Positions 1 to 9,827 of a DNA stretch of 49,684 bases are shown here, in pieces; position 1 is the first letter of the stretch, and every line of letters begins with the position of its first letter. Made by a program: the position numbers and the translations under genes. The notes under the pieces are model-generated. The model was not told the origin of the DNA, did not search any database, and saw only the letters and a program-made list of their open reading frames with translations. This stretch comes from Cellvibrionales bacterium UBA2618 (GTDB lineage Bacteria; Pseudomonadota; Gammaproteobacteria; Pseudomonadales; Porticoccaceae), in contig DDJS01000042.1 in NCBI GenBank assembly GCA_002339165.1, positions 1 through 49,684 of the forward strand. The letters are read 5' to 3'.

Positions 1-242
1 CCGATATGACCATTCGTCTCGACCGTGCAGTCTTGGCCGGGAAAACTGTGCATTACGCAGTTGTCTTGAATATTACTGCCCTGATGCAAGTGGATACGAC
101 CGAAGTCGCCGCGCAATACGGCATTTGGGCCAACATAACACTGTGGGCCGATGATCACGTCGCCGATCAGCACTGCCGTAGGGTGAATGAAGGCATTGTC
201 GGCGACGACGGGAATAAGGTTTTCTATCGCATAGATGGGCAT
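1..242 (-). CDS. paaY: PaaY/CaiE-like hexapeptide-repeat (gamma-carbonic anhydrase fold) protein; 3' end runs off the window
   Basis: Not in the ORF track. Manual minus-strand translation from ATG at 242: [81 protein letters not shown]. It has the [16 protein letters not shown] and NIQDNCVMH motifs and lies near a paa cluster. Confidence 0.85.
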   Translation of the reverse strand, partial: MPIYAIENLIPVVADNAFIHPTAVLIGDVIIGPQCYVGPNAVLRGDFGRIHLHQGSNIQDNCVMHSFPGQDCTVETNGHI

Positions 243-382
243 GTGGATGTCACCGGTGATTTTTTGTGAAAGAAATAAATCTTCTGCGCGTTCATTTTAC
301 AGCCTAACGAAGTACTAAACACCTTTGGCGCATCAAATCGCTATTTTGAGTGATTGGCAATCGAGGTATTTGGCGCGACTGA

Positions 383-850
383 TCAGGTCAACGGGCGCTG
401 TTGTGGCGATTGCGCGCAGGGTTTTATTAGACGCTTGAGCATAGTTTGCAGTAGGGCAAATTCTTTTACACTGAATTCTGCGCTCAGATCGGTTTGGTAC
501 TGCTCGGCCGTTTTACGTAATTCGAGGTAGGCAGCACGACCGCTGACGGTTAATTGCAAAGTTTCTTGACGTCGGTCGTCGGCATTGCGCTGGCGTTTGA
601 TAAAACGTTTCTCAGCCAACTTATGCACCGCACGGCTAATTTTGGTTTTGTGTATTTTCCCCCGCACGCCGATATCACGCGCCGTCATTTGTCCAAAAAT
701 GCCGAGATGAAATAGTACCCGCCACTCGCCGCGCAGCATACCGTAGCGCTCTTGATAGACGCGTTGGAACGACAGGCTACTCGCCTCGGCCGCCTGATTT
801 AGCAGGTAGGGTAAAAATGCTTGCAGATCAAAATTGTTGGAGTCGGACAT
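383..850 (-). CDS. MarR-family transcriptional regulator of the homogentisate operon
   Basis: FLPYLLNQAAE...EWRVLFHL...KTKISRAV...DDRR winged-helix pattern; divergent from hmgA. Start placed at ATG 850 (MSDSNNFD) instead of 919 because the extension overlaps the operator palindrome. Confidence 0.88.
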   Translation of the reverse strand: MSDSNNFDLQAFLPYLLNQAAEASSLSFQRVYQERYGMLRGEWRVLFHLGIFGQMTARDIGVRGKIHKTKISRAVHKLAEKRFIKRQRNADDRRQETLQLTVSGRAAYLELRKTAEQYQTDLSAEFSVKEFALLQTMLKRLIKPCAQSPQQRPLT

Positions 851-870
851 AACCGTTGCTTGCGCCTTGT

Positions 871-888
871 TAGTTACAAAAGTAACTA
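871..888. promoter_or_regulatory. Palindromic operator candidate TAGTTAC-N4-GTAACTA
   Basis: Perfect 7-bp inverted repeat between the divergent marR and hmgA starts. Confidence 0.7.
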
Positions 889-968
889 TTACACTAAGAC
901 GAAACCCATTCAAAGACAATATTTATTTTGCCGTCTTCGACATCAACCCGTGAAACGAGGTTCAATGA

Positions 969-2330
969 ATGACCCAGCAGGCAGATTCACCGCAGATAAT
1001 GGACACCAGTGACGTACAGCAATCGCCATTGCGCTACATGTCTGGATTCTGTAATGACTTTCAGACCGAGGCGCTACCAGATGCCTTGCCACAGGGCAGG
1101 AATAGCCCACAAAAATGCAATTATGGGCTCTATGCGGAGCAACTTTCAGGCAGCGCCTTTACCGCTCCCAGTGGCAGCAACGAGCGCACTTGGTGTTACC
1201 GCATCCGGCCCTCGGTCAGACACATGCAGGCTTTTGAGAGAGTTGAATTGCCCTATTGGCAAAGCGCACCGCGGATTGACCACAGTTTCATTAGTCTCGG
1301 CCAGTATCGTTGGGATCCCTTGCCGCATGCGGAGCAGGCGCTGACGTGGCTCACCGGCATGCGCACCATGACCACTGCAGGCGATATGAACACCCAGGTT
1401 GGCATGGCGAGCCACATTTATTTGGTCAACCATTCGATGCATGATGCGTATTTTTATTCAGCCGATTCAGAGCTTTTAGTGGTGCCTCAAGAGGGCCGAT
1501 TACGCTTTGTCACTGAGCTTGGGATTATCGATCTGGCACCTTCAGAGATTGGCATTATTCCGCGCGGACTCCTCTATCGGGTCGAAGTACTGGAGGGGCC
1601 TGCTCGGGGCTTTGTCTGTGAAAATTATGGACAAAAGTTCAATTTACCTGAGCGTGGCCCGATCGGTGCCAACTGTATGGCCAATAGGCGCGACTTTAAA
1701 GTGCCGGTAGCCGCATTTGAAGACCGCGATATAGCCTCCACGGTGACCGTCAAGTGGTGTGGCCAGTTCTATCAAACCGCGATTGACCATAGTCCGTTAG
1801 ACGTCGTGGCTTGGCACGGCAACTATGCGCCCTATAAGTATGACTTGAGCAGTTACTGCCCAATTGGCGCGGTCTTATTCGATCACCCGGACCCATCCAT
1901 TTTTACCGTACTGACTGCGCCGTCGGGGATCGAGGGGACGGCAAATATAGACTTTGTCCTGTTCAGTGACCGCTGGCTGGTGGCCGAAGACACCTTTCGC
2001 CCGCCCTGGTATCACCGCAATGTGATGTCGGAACTGATGGGTAATATCCGTGGTCAGTACGATGCAAAGCCTCAGGGTTTTGTGCCCGGCGGTATGAGTT
2101 TGCATAATATGATGCTCCCGCATGGGCCGGATAAAAATGCCTTTGAAGGTGCTTCGACGCAAGCATTAACCCCACAAAAGCTCGAAAACACCCTGTCGTT
2201 TATGTTTGAAACGCGCTTTCCCCAGCACCTGACCCGGTTTGCCGCAGAGGAAGCGCCATTGCAGGACGACTACAGCGGGTGTTGGCGTGACTTGGAAAAG
2301 AAATTTGATGGTACACCGGGTACCAAATGA
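969..2330 (+). CDS. hmgA: Homogentisate 1,2-dioxygenase
   Basis: [41 protein letters not shown] and HGPD iron-ligand motifs. Confidence 0.97.
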   Translation: MTQQADSPQIMDTSDVQQSPLRYMSGFCNDFQTEALPDALPQGRNSPQKCNYGLYAEQLSGSAFTAPSGSNERTWCYRIRPSVRHMQAFERVELPYWQSAPRIDHSFISLGQYRWDPLPHAEQALTWLTGMRTMTTAGDMNTQVGMASHIYLVNHSMHDAYFYSADSELLVVPQEGRLRFVTELGIIDLAPSEIGIIPRGLLYRVEVLEGPARGFVCENYGQKFNLPERGPIGANCMANRRDFKVPVAAFEDRDIASTVTVKWCGQFYQTAIDHSPLDVVAWHGNYAPYKYDLSSYCPIGAVLFDHPDPSIFTVLTAPSGIEGTANIDFVLFSDRWLVAEDTFRPPWYHRNVMSELMGNIRGQYDAKPQGFVPGGMSLHNMMLPHGPDKNAFEGASTQALTPQKLENTLSFMFETRFPQHLTRFAAEEAPLQDDYSGCWRDLEKKFDGTPGTK

Positions 2331-2374
2331 CGGTTCAATATATTGACGACTAACTCAAGCATTAGGAGGCTCCT

Positions 2375-3631
2375 ATGACATTGTTGCAAAGCTGGGTGAC
2401 CTCAGCGAACCATCCGGACTGTTCGTTCCCGCTGAATAATTTACCCTGTGGCGTATTTTCGATAGCCGATGATGAACCGCGTTGCGGCGTTGCCATCGGC
2501 GATATGATTCTCGATCTGCGCGCTTGCGAGCGGGCCGGTCTCGTAGATATCGGCGGCGCTGCGTTGTTTGACGAACCCCACTGGAACAAATTGATGGCTG
2601 AGGGCTATCGGGTCTGGAATGACTTGCGCGGGCGCTTGTTGGAACTTCTCGATGCCTCCAGTACCGCGCAAGGCGAACTCGAATGCCTACTGGTGGCGCA
2701 TTCTTCGGCGACGCTGCACCTGCCGTTTGAGGTCGCTGAGTACACCGATTTTTACGCTGGCAGGCATCATGCGACCAATGTCGGAACGATGTTTCGGGGT
2801 GCCGAAAATGCCTTGCCGCCAAACTGGCTACACATGCCGATCGGCTATAATGGGCGCGCGTCTTCGGTGGTGGTATCGGGTACCGACATTCGCCGTCCTT
2901 GGGGCCAACTCAAGGGTCCCAATGACAGTAAGCCTCGATTTGCGCCGAGCGCACGCTTCGATTTTGAGTTGGAACTGGGAGCCATCGTCGGCGTCGATAG
3001 TGACGTGCCGGTCGGCATCGATCGCGCGGATCAAATGATTTTTGGCTACGTGTTGTTAAACGATTGGTCCGCCAGGGATATTCAAGCTTGGGAATATCAG
3101 CCGCTGGGGCCGTTTCAAGCCAAGGCAACCGCCACCAGCGTCAGCCCGTGGATCGTTACCAAAGCGGCGTTGGAGCCCTTTCGCTGCGCTACCCCCGAGC
3201 GTGAATTTCCGTTGTTGGCACATCTTCGCGACACCACGCCTATGCTCTATGACATCGATCTGGCGGTTCAACTCGCGCCTGCAGATCGCTCGGCGACCAC
3301 CATCACGCGCACTAATTACCGCGAAATGTACTACTCCTCAGCTCAGCAACTAGCCCATCACAGCAGTTCTGGCTGTCCGATGCGAACGGGCGATTTACTT
3401 GGTTCTGGGACCATTTCAGGCGCCGAAAAATATCAGCGTGGTGCCCTGCTCGAGCTTAGTTGGGGCGGTGCCGAGCCGATTACGTTAGACAGCGGCGAGA
3501 GTCGCAGTTTTCTCGAGGATGGCGATAGCGTCGTGCTGACTGGAGCCGCCCATGGGGACGGCTACACTATTGGATTTGGCGATTGTACTGGGGCTGTTCT
3601 CTCGGCTGTCGACGATCCTTATCAACCTTAA
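2375..3631 (+). CDS. fahA: Fumarylacetoacetase
   Basis: FPLNNLP, YTDFY, PIGYNGRASS, DFELE, NDWSARDIQAWEYQPLGPF and GDLLGSGTISG motifs; AGGAGG RBS. Confidence 0.96.
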   Translation: MTLLQSWVTSANHPDCSFPLNNLPCGVFSIADDEPRCGVAIGDMILDLRACERAGLVDIGGAALFDEPHWNKLMAEGYRVWNDLRGRLLELLDASSTAQGELECLLVAHSSATLHLPFEVAEYTDFYAGRHHATNVGTMFRGAENALPPNWLHMPIGYNGRASSVVVSGTDIRRPWGQLKGPNDSKPRFAPSARFDFELELGAIVGVDSDVPVGIDRADQMIFGYVLLNDWSARDIQAWEYQPLGPFQAKATATSVSPWIVTKAALEPFRCATPEREFPLLAHLRDTTPMLYDIDLAVQLAPADRSATTITRTNYREMYYSSAQQLAHHSSSGCPMRTGDLLGSGTISGAEKYQRGALLELSWGGAEPITLDSGESRSFLEDGDSVVLTGAAHGDGYTIGFGDCTGAVLSAVDDPYQP

Positions 3632-3644
3632 GGTAACCACTATT

Positions 3645-4595
3645 ATGAGCAAAGTCTTCGCATCACAAGGCGATATGTCAGAGAAAAAAATTAGCTTTAC
3701 CGAGGTCGGTGACGGCCTCTTTGCCTTTACTGCTGAGGGGGATCCCAACTCCGGCGTTATCATCGGTGATGACAGCGTCATGATTATCGAAGCGCAGGCG
3801 ACACCAAGATTGGCCAATAAAGTGATCGAAAAGGTTCGCGAGGTGACGGATAAACCGATTTCGCATTTAGTACTAACTCATTACCATGCGGTGCGGGTGC
3901 TTGGCGCCTCGGCGTTTGAGGCGCCGCAAATTATTATGAGCGATGCTGCCCGAGCGATGGTGGTGGAGCGCGGGCAGGAGGATTGGGATAGCGAATTTCA
4001 ACGTTTTCCGCGGTTGTTTGAAGGGCACGAAAGTATTCCCGGATTAACCTACCCGACGGATACCTTTAGCGATCGTATGACCGTCTATTTGGGTAAACGT
4101 CGCGTCGATCTAATGCATTTGGGGCGCGCGCACACTGCCGGCGATATCGTTATTCAGGTACCCGATCAAAATGTGATGTTTACCGGCGATATCGTCGAAT
4201 ACCGTAGCGCCTGTTACTGCGGCGATGGTTACTTTTCCAGTTGGGGCAAGACCCTCGATAACATCGCGGCGTTTGACGTCGATGCTATTGCCCCCGGTCG
4301 GGGTGATGCGCTAGTGGGTAAAGAAATGGTCGCGACGGCGATTGAGAGCACGCGGGATTTTGTCGCCAGTACTTATCGCCCAGCTGCGCGCGTTGCGGCT
4401 CGCAACGGGAGCCTCAAGGATGCGTGGGATGCGGTGCGCGATGAATGCGATGATAAATTTTCCGACTATGCGATCTATGAGCACTGCTTACCCTTTAACG
4501 TAGCGCGTGCCTATGACGAAGCCCGAGGCATCGAGACGCCGCGCATTTGGACCGCGCAGCGCGACCGAGAAATGTGGGACCAATTGCAGCCATGA
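3645..4595 (+). CDS. MBL-fold protein with a degenerate metal motif
   Basis: GDPNSGVIIGDD, THYHAVR (in place of HxHxDH), HTAGD, FTGD and PGRG motifs. Start moved to ATG 3645 to avoid overlapping fahA. Confidence 0.85.
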   Translation: MSKVFASQGDMSEKKISFTEVGDGLFAFTAEGDPNSGVIIGDDSVMIIEAQATPRLANKVIEKVREVTDKPISHLVLTHYHAVRVLGASAFEAPQIIMSDAARAMVVERGQEDWDSEFQRFPRLFEGHESIPGLTYPTDTFSDRMTVYLGKRRVDLMHLGRAHTAGDIVIQVPDQNVMFTGDIVEYRSACYCGDGYFSSWGKTLDNIAAFDVDAIAPGRGDALVGKEMVATAIESTRDFVASTYRPAARVAARNGSLKDAWDAVRDECDDKFSDYAIYEHCLPFNVARAYDEARGIETPRIWTAQRDREMWDQLQP

Positions 4596-4629
4596 AGCTC
4601 ACCTCATTCGTAGTGTCCAGGCGCGCGAT

Positions 4630-6252
4630 GTGAATGCGGTCTTTGACGTGCCGCTGTACCCCTATCAGCGGCACGCTGATCAAAACGCGGCAGATCCGCA
4701 ACGCCATCAGGCGGTCATCGTCGGAGCCGGCCCAGTCGGCTTGGCGCTGGCCATTGATCTAGCGCAGCAGGGGATTGAAACCTTAGTCGTGGACGACAAC
4801 GACAGTGTTTCATCGGGTTCACGTGCGATCTGTTTTGCCAAACGTACGCTTGAGATCAGTGATCGATTGGGTGTTGGGCAGCAGTTGGTCGACAAGGGGG
4901 TAGAGTGGCATCTAGGCAAGGTTTTTTGCGATACCCGCAAAGTCTACGAATTTAACCTGTTGGCTGAAAGCGGTCACCGCAGACCAGCTTTTATCAACTT
5001 ACAACAGTACTATTTTGAGATGGCGATGCTCGAACGCGTTCGCGTGCTACAGCAACAGGGTGCGCCGTTGCAATTGCGCGGCGGCAACCAAGTTACCGCG
5101 GTGGTATCCGAGTCCGATTGTGTCCGCGTACAATTGACTACACCCGACGGTGCTTACGATCTAGAAGCCGATTGGCTGATTGCCTGCGACGGCGCCAATA
5201 GTCCGGTGCGGCATGCCTTGGGTCTCGACTTTGTCGGCCGCGTCTTCGAGGACAATTTTTTGATAGCGGATGTCGTCATGGATGCCAATTTTCCGATCGA
5301 GCGTTGGTTTTGGTTCGACCCGCCATTCAATCGCGGCCAGTCAGCGTTGTTGCACAAGCAACCGGACAATGTCTGGCGCATCGATTTGCAACTGGGTTGG
5401 GACATTGATCGCGACGCGGAGAAACAACCTGAAAAAGTCCGTCAGCGCCTCGAGGCGATGCTCGGCGGCGATATCGATTTTCAATTAGAGTGGGTATCTA
5501 TTTATACGTTTCAGTGCCGAAGAATGGAAAAATTTCGCCATGGGCGAGTTATTTTTGCCGGTGACAGCGCGCATCAGGTGAGTCCATTTGGGGCGCGTGG
5601 TGCCAACAGCGGGGTTCAGGATGCGGACAATCTCGGCTGGAAACTCAAGGCCGTTATCGATGGCAGTGCGCCCCGAGAACTGATCGATAGCTACGACAGC
5701 GAACGTATTTATGGGGCCGATGAAAACATCCGTAACTCGACGCAATCGACCGATTTTATCACTCCAAAATCGACCCTGAGTCGACTATTTCGCGATGCCG
5801 TTTTGGATCTTGCCGAGCATTATTCGTTTGCGCGCGGCTTGGTTAATTCTGGGCGTCTGAGCGTCCCCTGCGTGTACGACGACTCGCCATTAAATACGCC
5901 CGATGGGATGATCGACGGACCATCGCGCACGCGCCCCGGCGCACCTTGTCCAGATTTGGCCTTGAGCGATGGTTACTTGTTACAGCGTTTGGGTGGGAGT
6001 TTTACGTTGCTATTGTTAAATATTGATCGATCGACTGCGGTCGATGATATTGATGGCGCTTTAAAACGGCTAGTTTTGGACTCCAGTAAGGATTCGACAG
6101 GTGCCCTAAATGAACGCTATTTAGGGTCGGCCAAGCAAGCGGTCTACCTGATTCGACCCGATCAACACATTGCCGCGCGCTGGTCGACTTTTGAGCCAGA
6201 CGCAATTCGCCGAGCGCTTTCCAGAGCCCTAGCCGGAGGACCTGCGAGATGA
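4630..6252 (+). CDS. FAD-dependent aromatic monooxygenase (MhpA/PheA-like group A flavoprotein)
   Basis: GAGPVG, ACDGANS and FAGDSAHQVSPFGARGANSG fingerprints plus a C-terminal LIRPDQH thioredoxin-like domain. The start is uncertain; GTG 4630 was chosen. Confidence 0.88.
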   Translation: MNAVFDVPLYPYQRHADQNAADPQRHQAVIVGAGPVGLALAIDLAQQGIETLVVDDNDSVSSGSRAICFAKRTLEISDRLGVGQQLVDKGVEWHLGKVFCDTRKVYEFNLLAESGHRRPAFINLQQYYFEMAMLERVRVLQQQGAPLQLRGGNQVTAVVSESDCVRVQLTTPDGAYDLEADWLIACDGANSPVRHALGLDFVGRVFEDNFLIADVVMDANFPIERWFWFDPPFNRGQSALLHKQPDNVWRIDLQLGWDIDRDAEKQPEKVRQRLEAMLGGDIDFQLEWVSIYTFQCRRMEKFRHGRVIFAGDSAHQVSPFGARGANSGVQDADNLGWKLKAVIDGSAPRELIDSYDSERIYGADENIRNSTQSTDFITPKSTLSRLFRDAVLDLAEHYSFARGLVNSGRLSVPCVYDDSPLNTPDGMIDGPSRTRPGAPCPDLALSDGYLLQRLGGSFTLLLLNIDRSTAVDDIDGALKRLVLDSSKDSTGALNERYLGSAKQAVYLIRPDQHIAARWSTFEPDAIRRALSRALAGGPAR

Positions 6253-6455
6253 CTTTGATTTTAAGCCCTAACATGACCCAACCAGACCCATTTTATGCGG
6301 CCTTGCTGTCGGCCCATGAGGGTCTCAGTGATGCCGAAAGTCAGTCTTACAATGCTCGACTTGTGCTCATTTTGGCCAACCATATTGGCGATTTTAAGGT
6401 GTTGTCGCAAGTGCTCGATGCCGCCAAGGTAGGCTCTCTAGGTGACGATTCATGA
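6249..6455 (+). CDS. DUF2783-like small protein
   Basis: 68 aa, PDPFYAALLSAHEGLSDAESQSYNARLVLILANHIGD; ATGA overlaps with both neighbouring genes. Confidence 0.85.
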   Translation: MTLILSPNMTQPDPFYAALLSAHEGLSDAESQSYNARLVLILANHIGDFKVLSQVLDAAKVGSLGDDS

Positions 6456-7099
6456 GTGATACGGTGCTCTATGATTACTGGCGGTCCTCTGCCAGTTACC
6501 GTGTACGTATAGCACTGAACCTCGGAAATACGCCCTATCGCTCGCTGAGTATCGATCTGGTTAGTGGTCAACATCGGCTGCCGGATCACCTATCCCGCAA
6601 TCCACAGGGTTTTGTACCGGTGTTAGATATCGATGGTCAGCGGCTGACCCAGTCATTGGCCATTTTAGAGTACCTCGACGAGACGCGTGATCTTGGTTTA
6701 CTGCCTCAGGATGCCATGGCGCGCGCTAGAGTGCGCGCGTTGGCGCAGCTGTTGGCGGTCGATGTACACCCGGTATGCAATCTTTCGGTGGTTCGATACG
6801 CGATCGATCAGATGGCCGATGAAAGTTTGCGTGATCGTTGGATGGGGCGTTTTATCGGCGCTGGTTTGACTGCCTTTGAAGCGACCTTAGGGAACTTTGA
6901 AAGCGCGCGGTTTTGTACAGGGATGACACCGAGTTTGGCGGATATTTGCCTCATCCCGCAGTTGTACAATGCGCGCAGATGGCAAGTTGATTATAGTCAA
7001 CTTGCCAAAATTTGCGCTGTCGAAAAGGCCTGTAAAAGTCATCCAGCCTTTATTGCGGGCCACCCCGATCAAGCCCGGTCGTCGCCTGTAAACGGTTGA
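6452..7099 (+). CDS. maiA: Maleylacetoacetate isomerase (GST zeta class)
   Basis: YWRSSASYRVRIAL, NPQGFVP, TQSLAILEYL and DVHPVCNL motifs. Confidence 0.95.
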   Translation: MSDTVLYDYWRSSASYRVRIALNLGNTPYRSLSIDLVSGQHRLPDHLSRNPQGFVPVLDIDGQRLTQSLAILEYLDETRDLGLLPQDAMARARVRALAQLLAVDVHPVCNLSVVRYAIDQMADESLRDRWMGRFIGAGLTAFEATLGNFESARFCTGMTPSLADICLIPQLYNARRWQVDYSQLAKICAVEKACKSHPAFIAGHPDQARSSPVNG

Positions 7100-7102
7100 T
7101 TA

Positions 7103-7122
7103 AATCCGCTAGCTAGCGGATT
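7103..7122. terminator. Palindrome between convergent maiA and paaE; probable terminator
   Basis: Perfect 20-bp palindrome AATCCGCTAGCTAGCGGATT followed by ATTTTT. Confidence 0.6.
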
Positions 7123-8200
7123 ATTTTTGGTCGTAATCGATGGTCACCCGATCGCTGACCGGGTGTGCTTGGCAGGTGAGAATAAAGCCTGCGGCGACCT
7201 CTTCATCACTCAGAGAATAGTTGAGATCCATCTCCACCTCGCCCTCCATTACTTTGGCTTTACAGGTCGAACAAACGCCGCCTTTGCAGGCAAAAGGTAA
7301 GTCCCGGCGGATTTTTAGCGCGGCATCAAGCACAGTTTCGCCGCCGCGAGCCAAATTTAACTGGGTTCCCTTACCATCGATCATGACCAACACTTGACTG
7401 ATATGTTGCTGTTCAGCTTGGCTGACCGATTGTTTGGTCTTTCGAACGAGATTTTTGAGGTCGTCCGGCGCGCCAAAAAGCTCGCTGTGGACATGCTTTT
7501 TCTCGACACCGGCATCGATAAAGGCGTCTTTGGCGGACATCACCATCTCGAATGGGCCGCACAAAAATACATCATCAATGTCATTGGCATCGATCAGTAA
7601 ATCGAGAAAGCGATCTATCTTTTGCCCATCGATGCGGCCAGTGAGCAGCTCTGCGTTTTGTATCTCGCGACTCAATACATGGAATACTTGCAGTCGTTGT
7701 GGGTAGCGGTTTTTTAGTGCCTCGATATCCTCTAAAAACATAATAGTGTCAGTGCTTTGATTACCATAAATCAACGTAAAATGGCTCGCCGATTCAGTCT
7801 CTAAAGTGGTTTTTAAAATGGATAAAATCGGGGTTATTCCACTCCCAGCAGCCACGCCGACGAAGTTGCGCTGCGCGTTGGGATCGAGCTCGACAAAAAA
7901 ATTCCCAGTCGGCGGCAATACATCCAATTTATCGCCGACCTTTAGTTGGCTGTTGGCCCAACCGGAAAACACGCCATTCTCAACGTGTTTGATACCGACC
8001 CGCAGTTCAGAGTCATCGACGCTGCTGCAGATCGAATAACTACGGCGCACTTCTGCGCCATTCAGACGCTTAACAAAGGTTAGATTTTGACCCTGCTTAT
8101 AGCGGTATTTTGCGCGCAGTTCTTCGGCTACCTGCACGGCGACGATAACGGAGTCTCGTGTCGCCTCGACAACACGTGTAACAATTGCTTCATCAACCAT
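7121..8200 (-). CDS. paaE: Phenylacetyl-CoA epoxidase reductase subunit
   Basis: RRSYSICS, AAGSGITP and FLCGP (FNR module) plus a C-terminal 2Fe-2S motif CKGGVCSTC...C. Confidence 0.95.
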   Translation of the reverse strand: MVDEAIVTRVVEATRDSVIVAVQVAEELRAKYRYKQGQNLTFVKRLNGAEVRRSYSICSSVDDSELRVGIKHVENGVFSGWANSQLKVGDKLDVLPPTGNFFVELDPNAQRNFVGVAAGSGITPILSILKTTLETESASHFTLIYGNQSTDTIMFLEDIEALKNRYPQRLQVFHVLSREIQNAELLTGRIDGQKIDRFLDLLIDANDIDDVFLCGPFEMVMSAKDAFIDAGVEKKHVHSELFGAPDDLKNLVRKTKQSVSQAEQQHISQVLVMIDGKGTQLNLARGGETVLDAALKIRRDLPFACKGGVCSTCKAKVMEGEVEMDLNYSLSDEEVAAGFILTCQAHPVSDRVTIDYDQK

Positions 8201-8209
8201 GGGATGCGC

Positions 8210-8725
8210 CTAGATGGGCTTGAAATAGTCAAAGGGTTCGAGGCAATCCGCGCATTGCCAAAAGGATTTACAGGCGGTAGAGCCGAAGTGACTGACTAGC
8301 TTGGTGTTAAAAGAGCAGCAGATCGGGCAGGCCACGATGACGGTAACGTGGGGGTCGCCTTGTGAATCGTCCAGCAAGCTCGTTTTACAGGGCGGCGCGA
8401 TACCGTATTGGCGGAGTTTTTCTTTTGCTTCATCGCTCATCCAATCGGTGGTCCAAGCGGGTGATAGTACCAGTGCGACCTGCGTCGACGGATAGTTGTG
8501 TTCCGCCAGCACCTTGGTGATGTCATCGGTAATTTGGTCGATCGCCGGACATCCGGAGTAGGTCGGAGTAATCGTCACTACGACCGAATCCCCCTTGATC
8601 TCGACACCGCGCAAGATACCCATTTCATTGATCGTCAACGCAGGGATTTCAGGGTCGGTGACGGTGTCCAGTATGCTGCGTATATGGGACAGGACGCTGT
8701 CGGTATTGTGGCTATTTATTGGCAT
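8210..8725 (-). CDS. paaD: Phenylacetyl-CoA epoxidase subunit D
   Basis: DPEIP, TPTYSGCPA, PAWTTDW, FGSTACK and EPFDYFK motifs. Confidence 0.95.
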   Translation of the reverse strand: MPINSHNTDSVLSHIRSILDTVTDPEIPALTINEMGILRGVEIKGDSVVVTITPTYSGCPAIDQITDDITKVLAEHNYPSTQVALVLSPAWTTDWMSDEAKEKLRQYGIAPPCKTSLLDDSQGDPHVTVIVACPICCSFNTKLVSHFGSTACKSFWQCADCLEPFDYFKPI

Positions 8726-8735
8726 GACGTTTTAA

Positions 8736-9509
8736 TTACCACTGGTGGTTGGGCATGCTGCGCGGCAGTGCTTGCATTTCTAGCAAAAGATCATCTAGGT
8801 GCTCGGTATGCTGACCTTGGCGGCCACCTACGATGGCCTTAACGTCGATCGGTTTGCTCAACGTGGCGTTGGCCAACAGCGCCGATACTTGAGATTCCCA
8901 CGCAGACTGCAGCGCACGCAGATCGACACCTACATCGATTTCGAGCATGCGCTGGTCTAGTTCATCGGCGATGAACATTTCTGCGATAAATGGCCACACC
9001 GCGGTGATTGCATCTTGCATGCGCCGGTGGCTGACCTCGGTGCCATCGCCCAAGCGCTTGACCCACATCGAGCTGTGGCGGACATGATACCGGGCCTCTT
9101 TGACAGACTTGGCGGCAATCGCGGCGAGGGTAGTGTCGTTCGATGCGGTCAATTGCTCGAGAAAGGGCAGGTGCCATGCGTCATAGCAATACTGGCGAGC
9201 GATGGTGTCGGCAAAGTCGCCATTCGGTTGCTCCACTAAGAGTAGGTTAGACCATTCGTGCGGGTCGCGTAAAAACGCCAGATCGTTCTCATCAACGGGT
9301 CGGTCGAATAGACTTGCTGAGTATTGGTAGAGCGATCGAGCTTGACCGATTAAATCTAAGCCGATATTGGTAAGGCCGATGTCTTCCTCTAACTCGGGGC
9401 CACGCGCCGCCCATTGGCACAGGCGTTGGCATAGTACCATCGAGTTATCCGCTTGGCGCAGCGTGTACGCATAGAGGTCGTTTTTGGTCGGAGCTAGTGG
9501 AGTACTCAC
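8736..9509 (-). CDS. paaC: Phenylacetyl-CoA epoxidase subunit C
   Basis: PELEEDI, LDLIGQAR, EQPNGDFA, KEARYH and RLGDGTEVS motifs. Confidence 0.95.
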   Translation of the reverse strand: MSTPLAPTKNDLYAYTLRQADNSMVLCQRLCQWAARGPELEEDIGLTNIGLDLIGQARSLYQYSASLFDRPVDENDLAFLRDPHEWSNLLLVEQPNGDFADTIARQYCYDAWHLPFLEQLTASNDTTLAAIAAKSVKEARYHVRHSSMWVKRLGDGTEVSHRRMQDAITAVWPFIAEMFIADELDQRMLEIDVGVDLRALQSAWESQVSALLANATLSKPIDVKAIVGGRQGQHTEHLDDLLLEMQALPRSMPNHQW

Positions 9510-9796
9510 ATGTGTTCCAATTCGTCGGGTAAAGAATAAAACGTGGGATGTCGATAAACCTTGTCTTCTGCCGGATCAAACAAGGTTTCTTTATCGTCGG
9601 GATCCGAGGCAACAATCTGGTTGGATGGCACTACCCATATGCTCACACCCTCAGATCGACGAGTATACAGATCGCGGGCATTTTGCAGTGCCATTTCGGC
9701 GTCTGCGGCGCGCAGACTGCCAGCATGCTTGTGGTCGATGCCACGGTTACTGCGGATAAATACCTCCCACAGCGGGTAGCCTTTTTTGTGCGTCAT
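9506..9796 (-). CDS. paaB: Phenylacetyl-CoA epoxidase subunit B
   Basis: PLWEVF, ARDLYTRRSEGVSIWVV and KVYRHPTFY motifs. Confidence 0.96.
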   Translation of the reverse strand: MTHKKGYPLWEVFIRSNRGIDHKHAGSLRAADAEMALQNARDLYTRRSEGVSIWVVPSNQIVASDPDDKETLFDPAEDKVYRHPTFYSLPDELEHM

Positions 9797-9827
9797 ATAA
9801 ATCGCCTAGGTCGTCTTGACACGGATC

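Noticed and set aside
6-269. Plus-strand 87-aa ORF in the track
   Set aside because: It is the antisense shadow of the minus-strand paaY-like gene.
3645-4595. Metallo-beta-lactamase resistance gene
   Set aside because: The metal motif is degenerate, there is no signal peptide, and it is embedded in a catabolic operon.
4507-4629. Long N-terminal extensions given by the ORF track (also at 919, 3552, 21637, 23886, 29430, 29464, 36081, 46985)
   Set aside because: They overlap neighbouring genes or promoters and precede the conserved family N-termini, so downstream starts were used.
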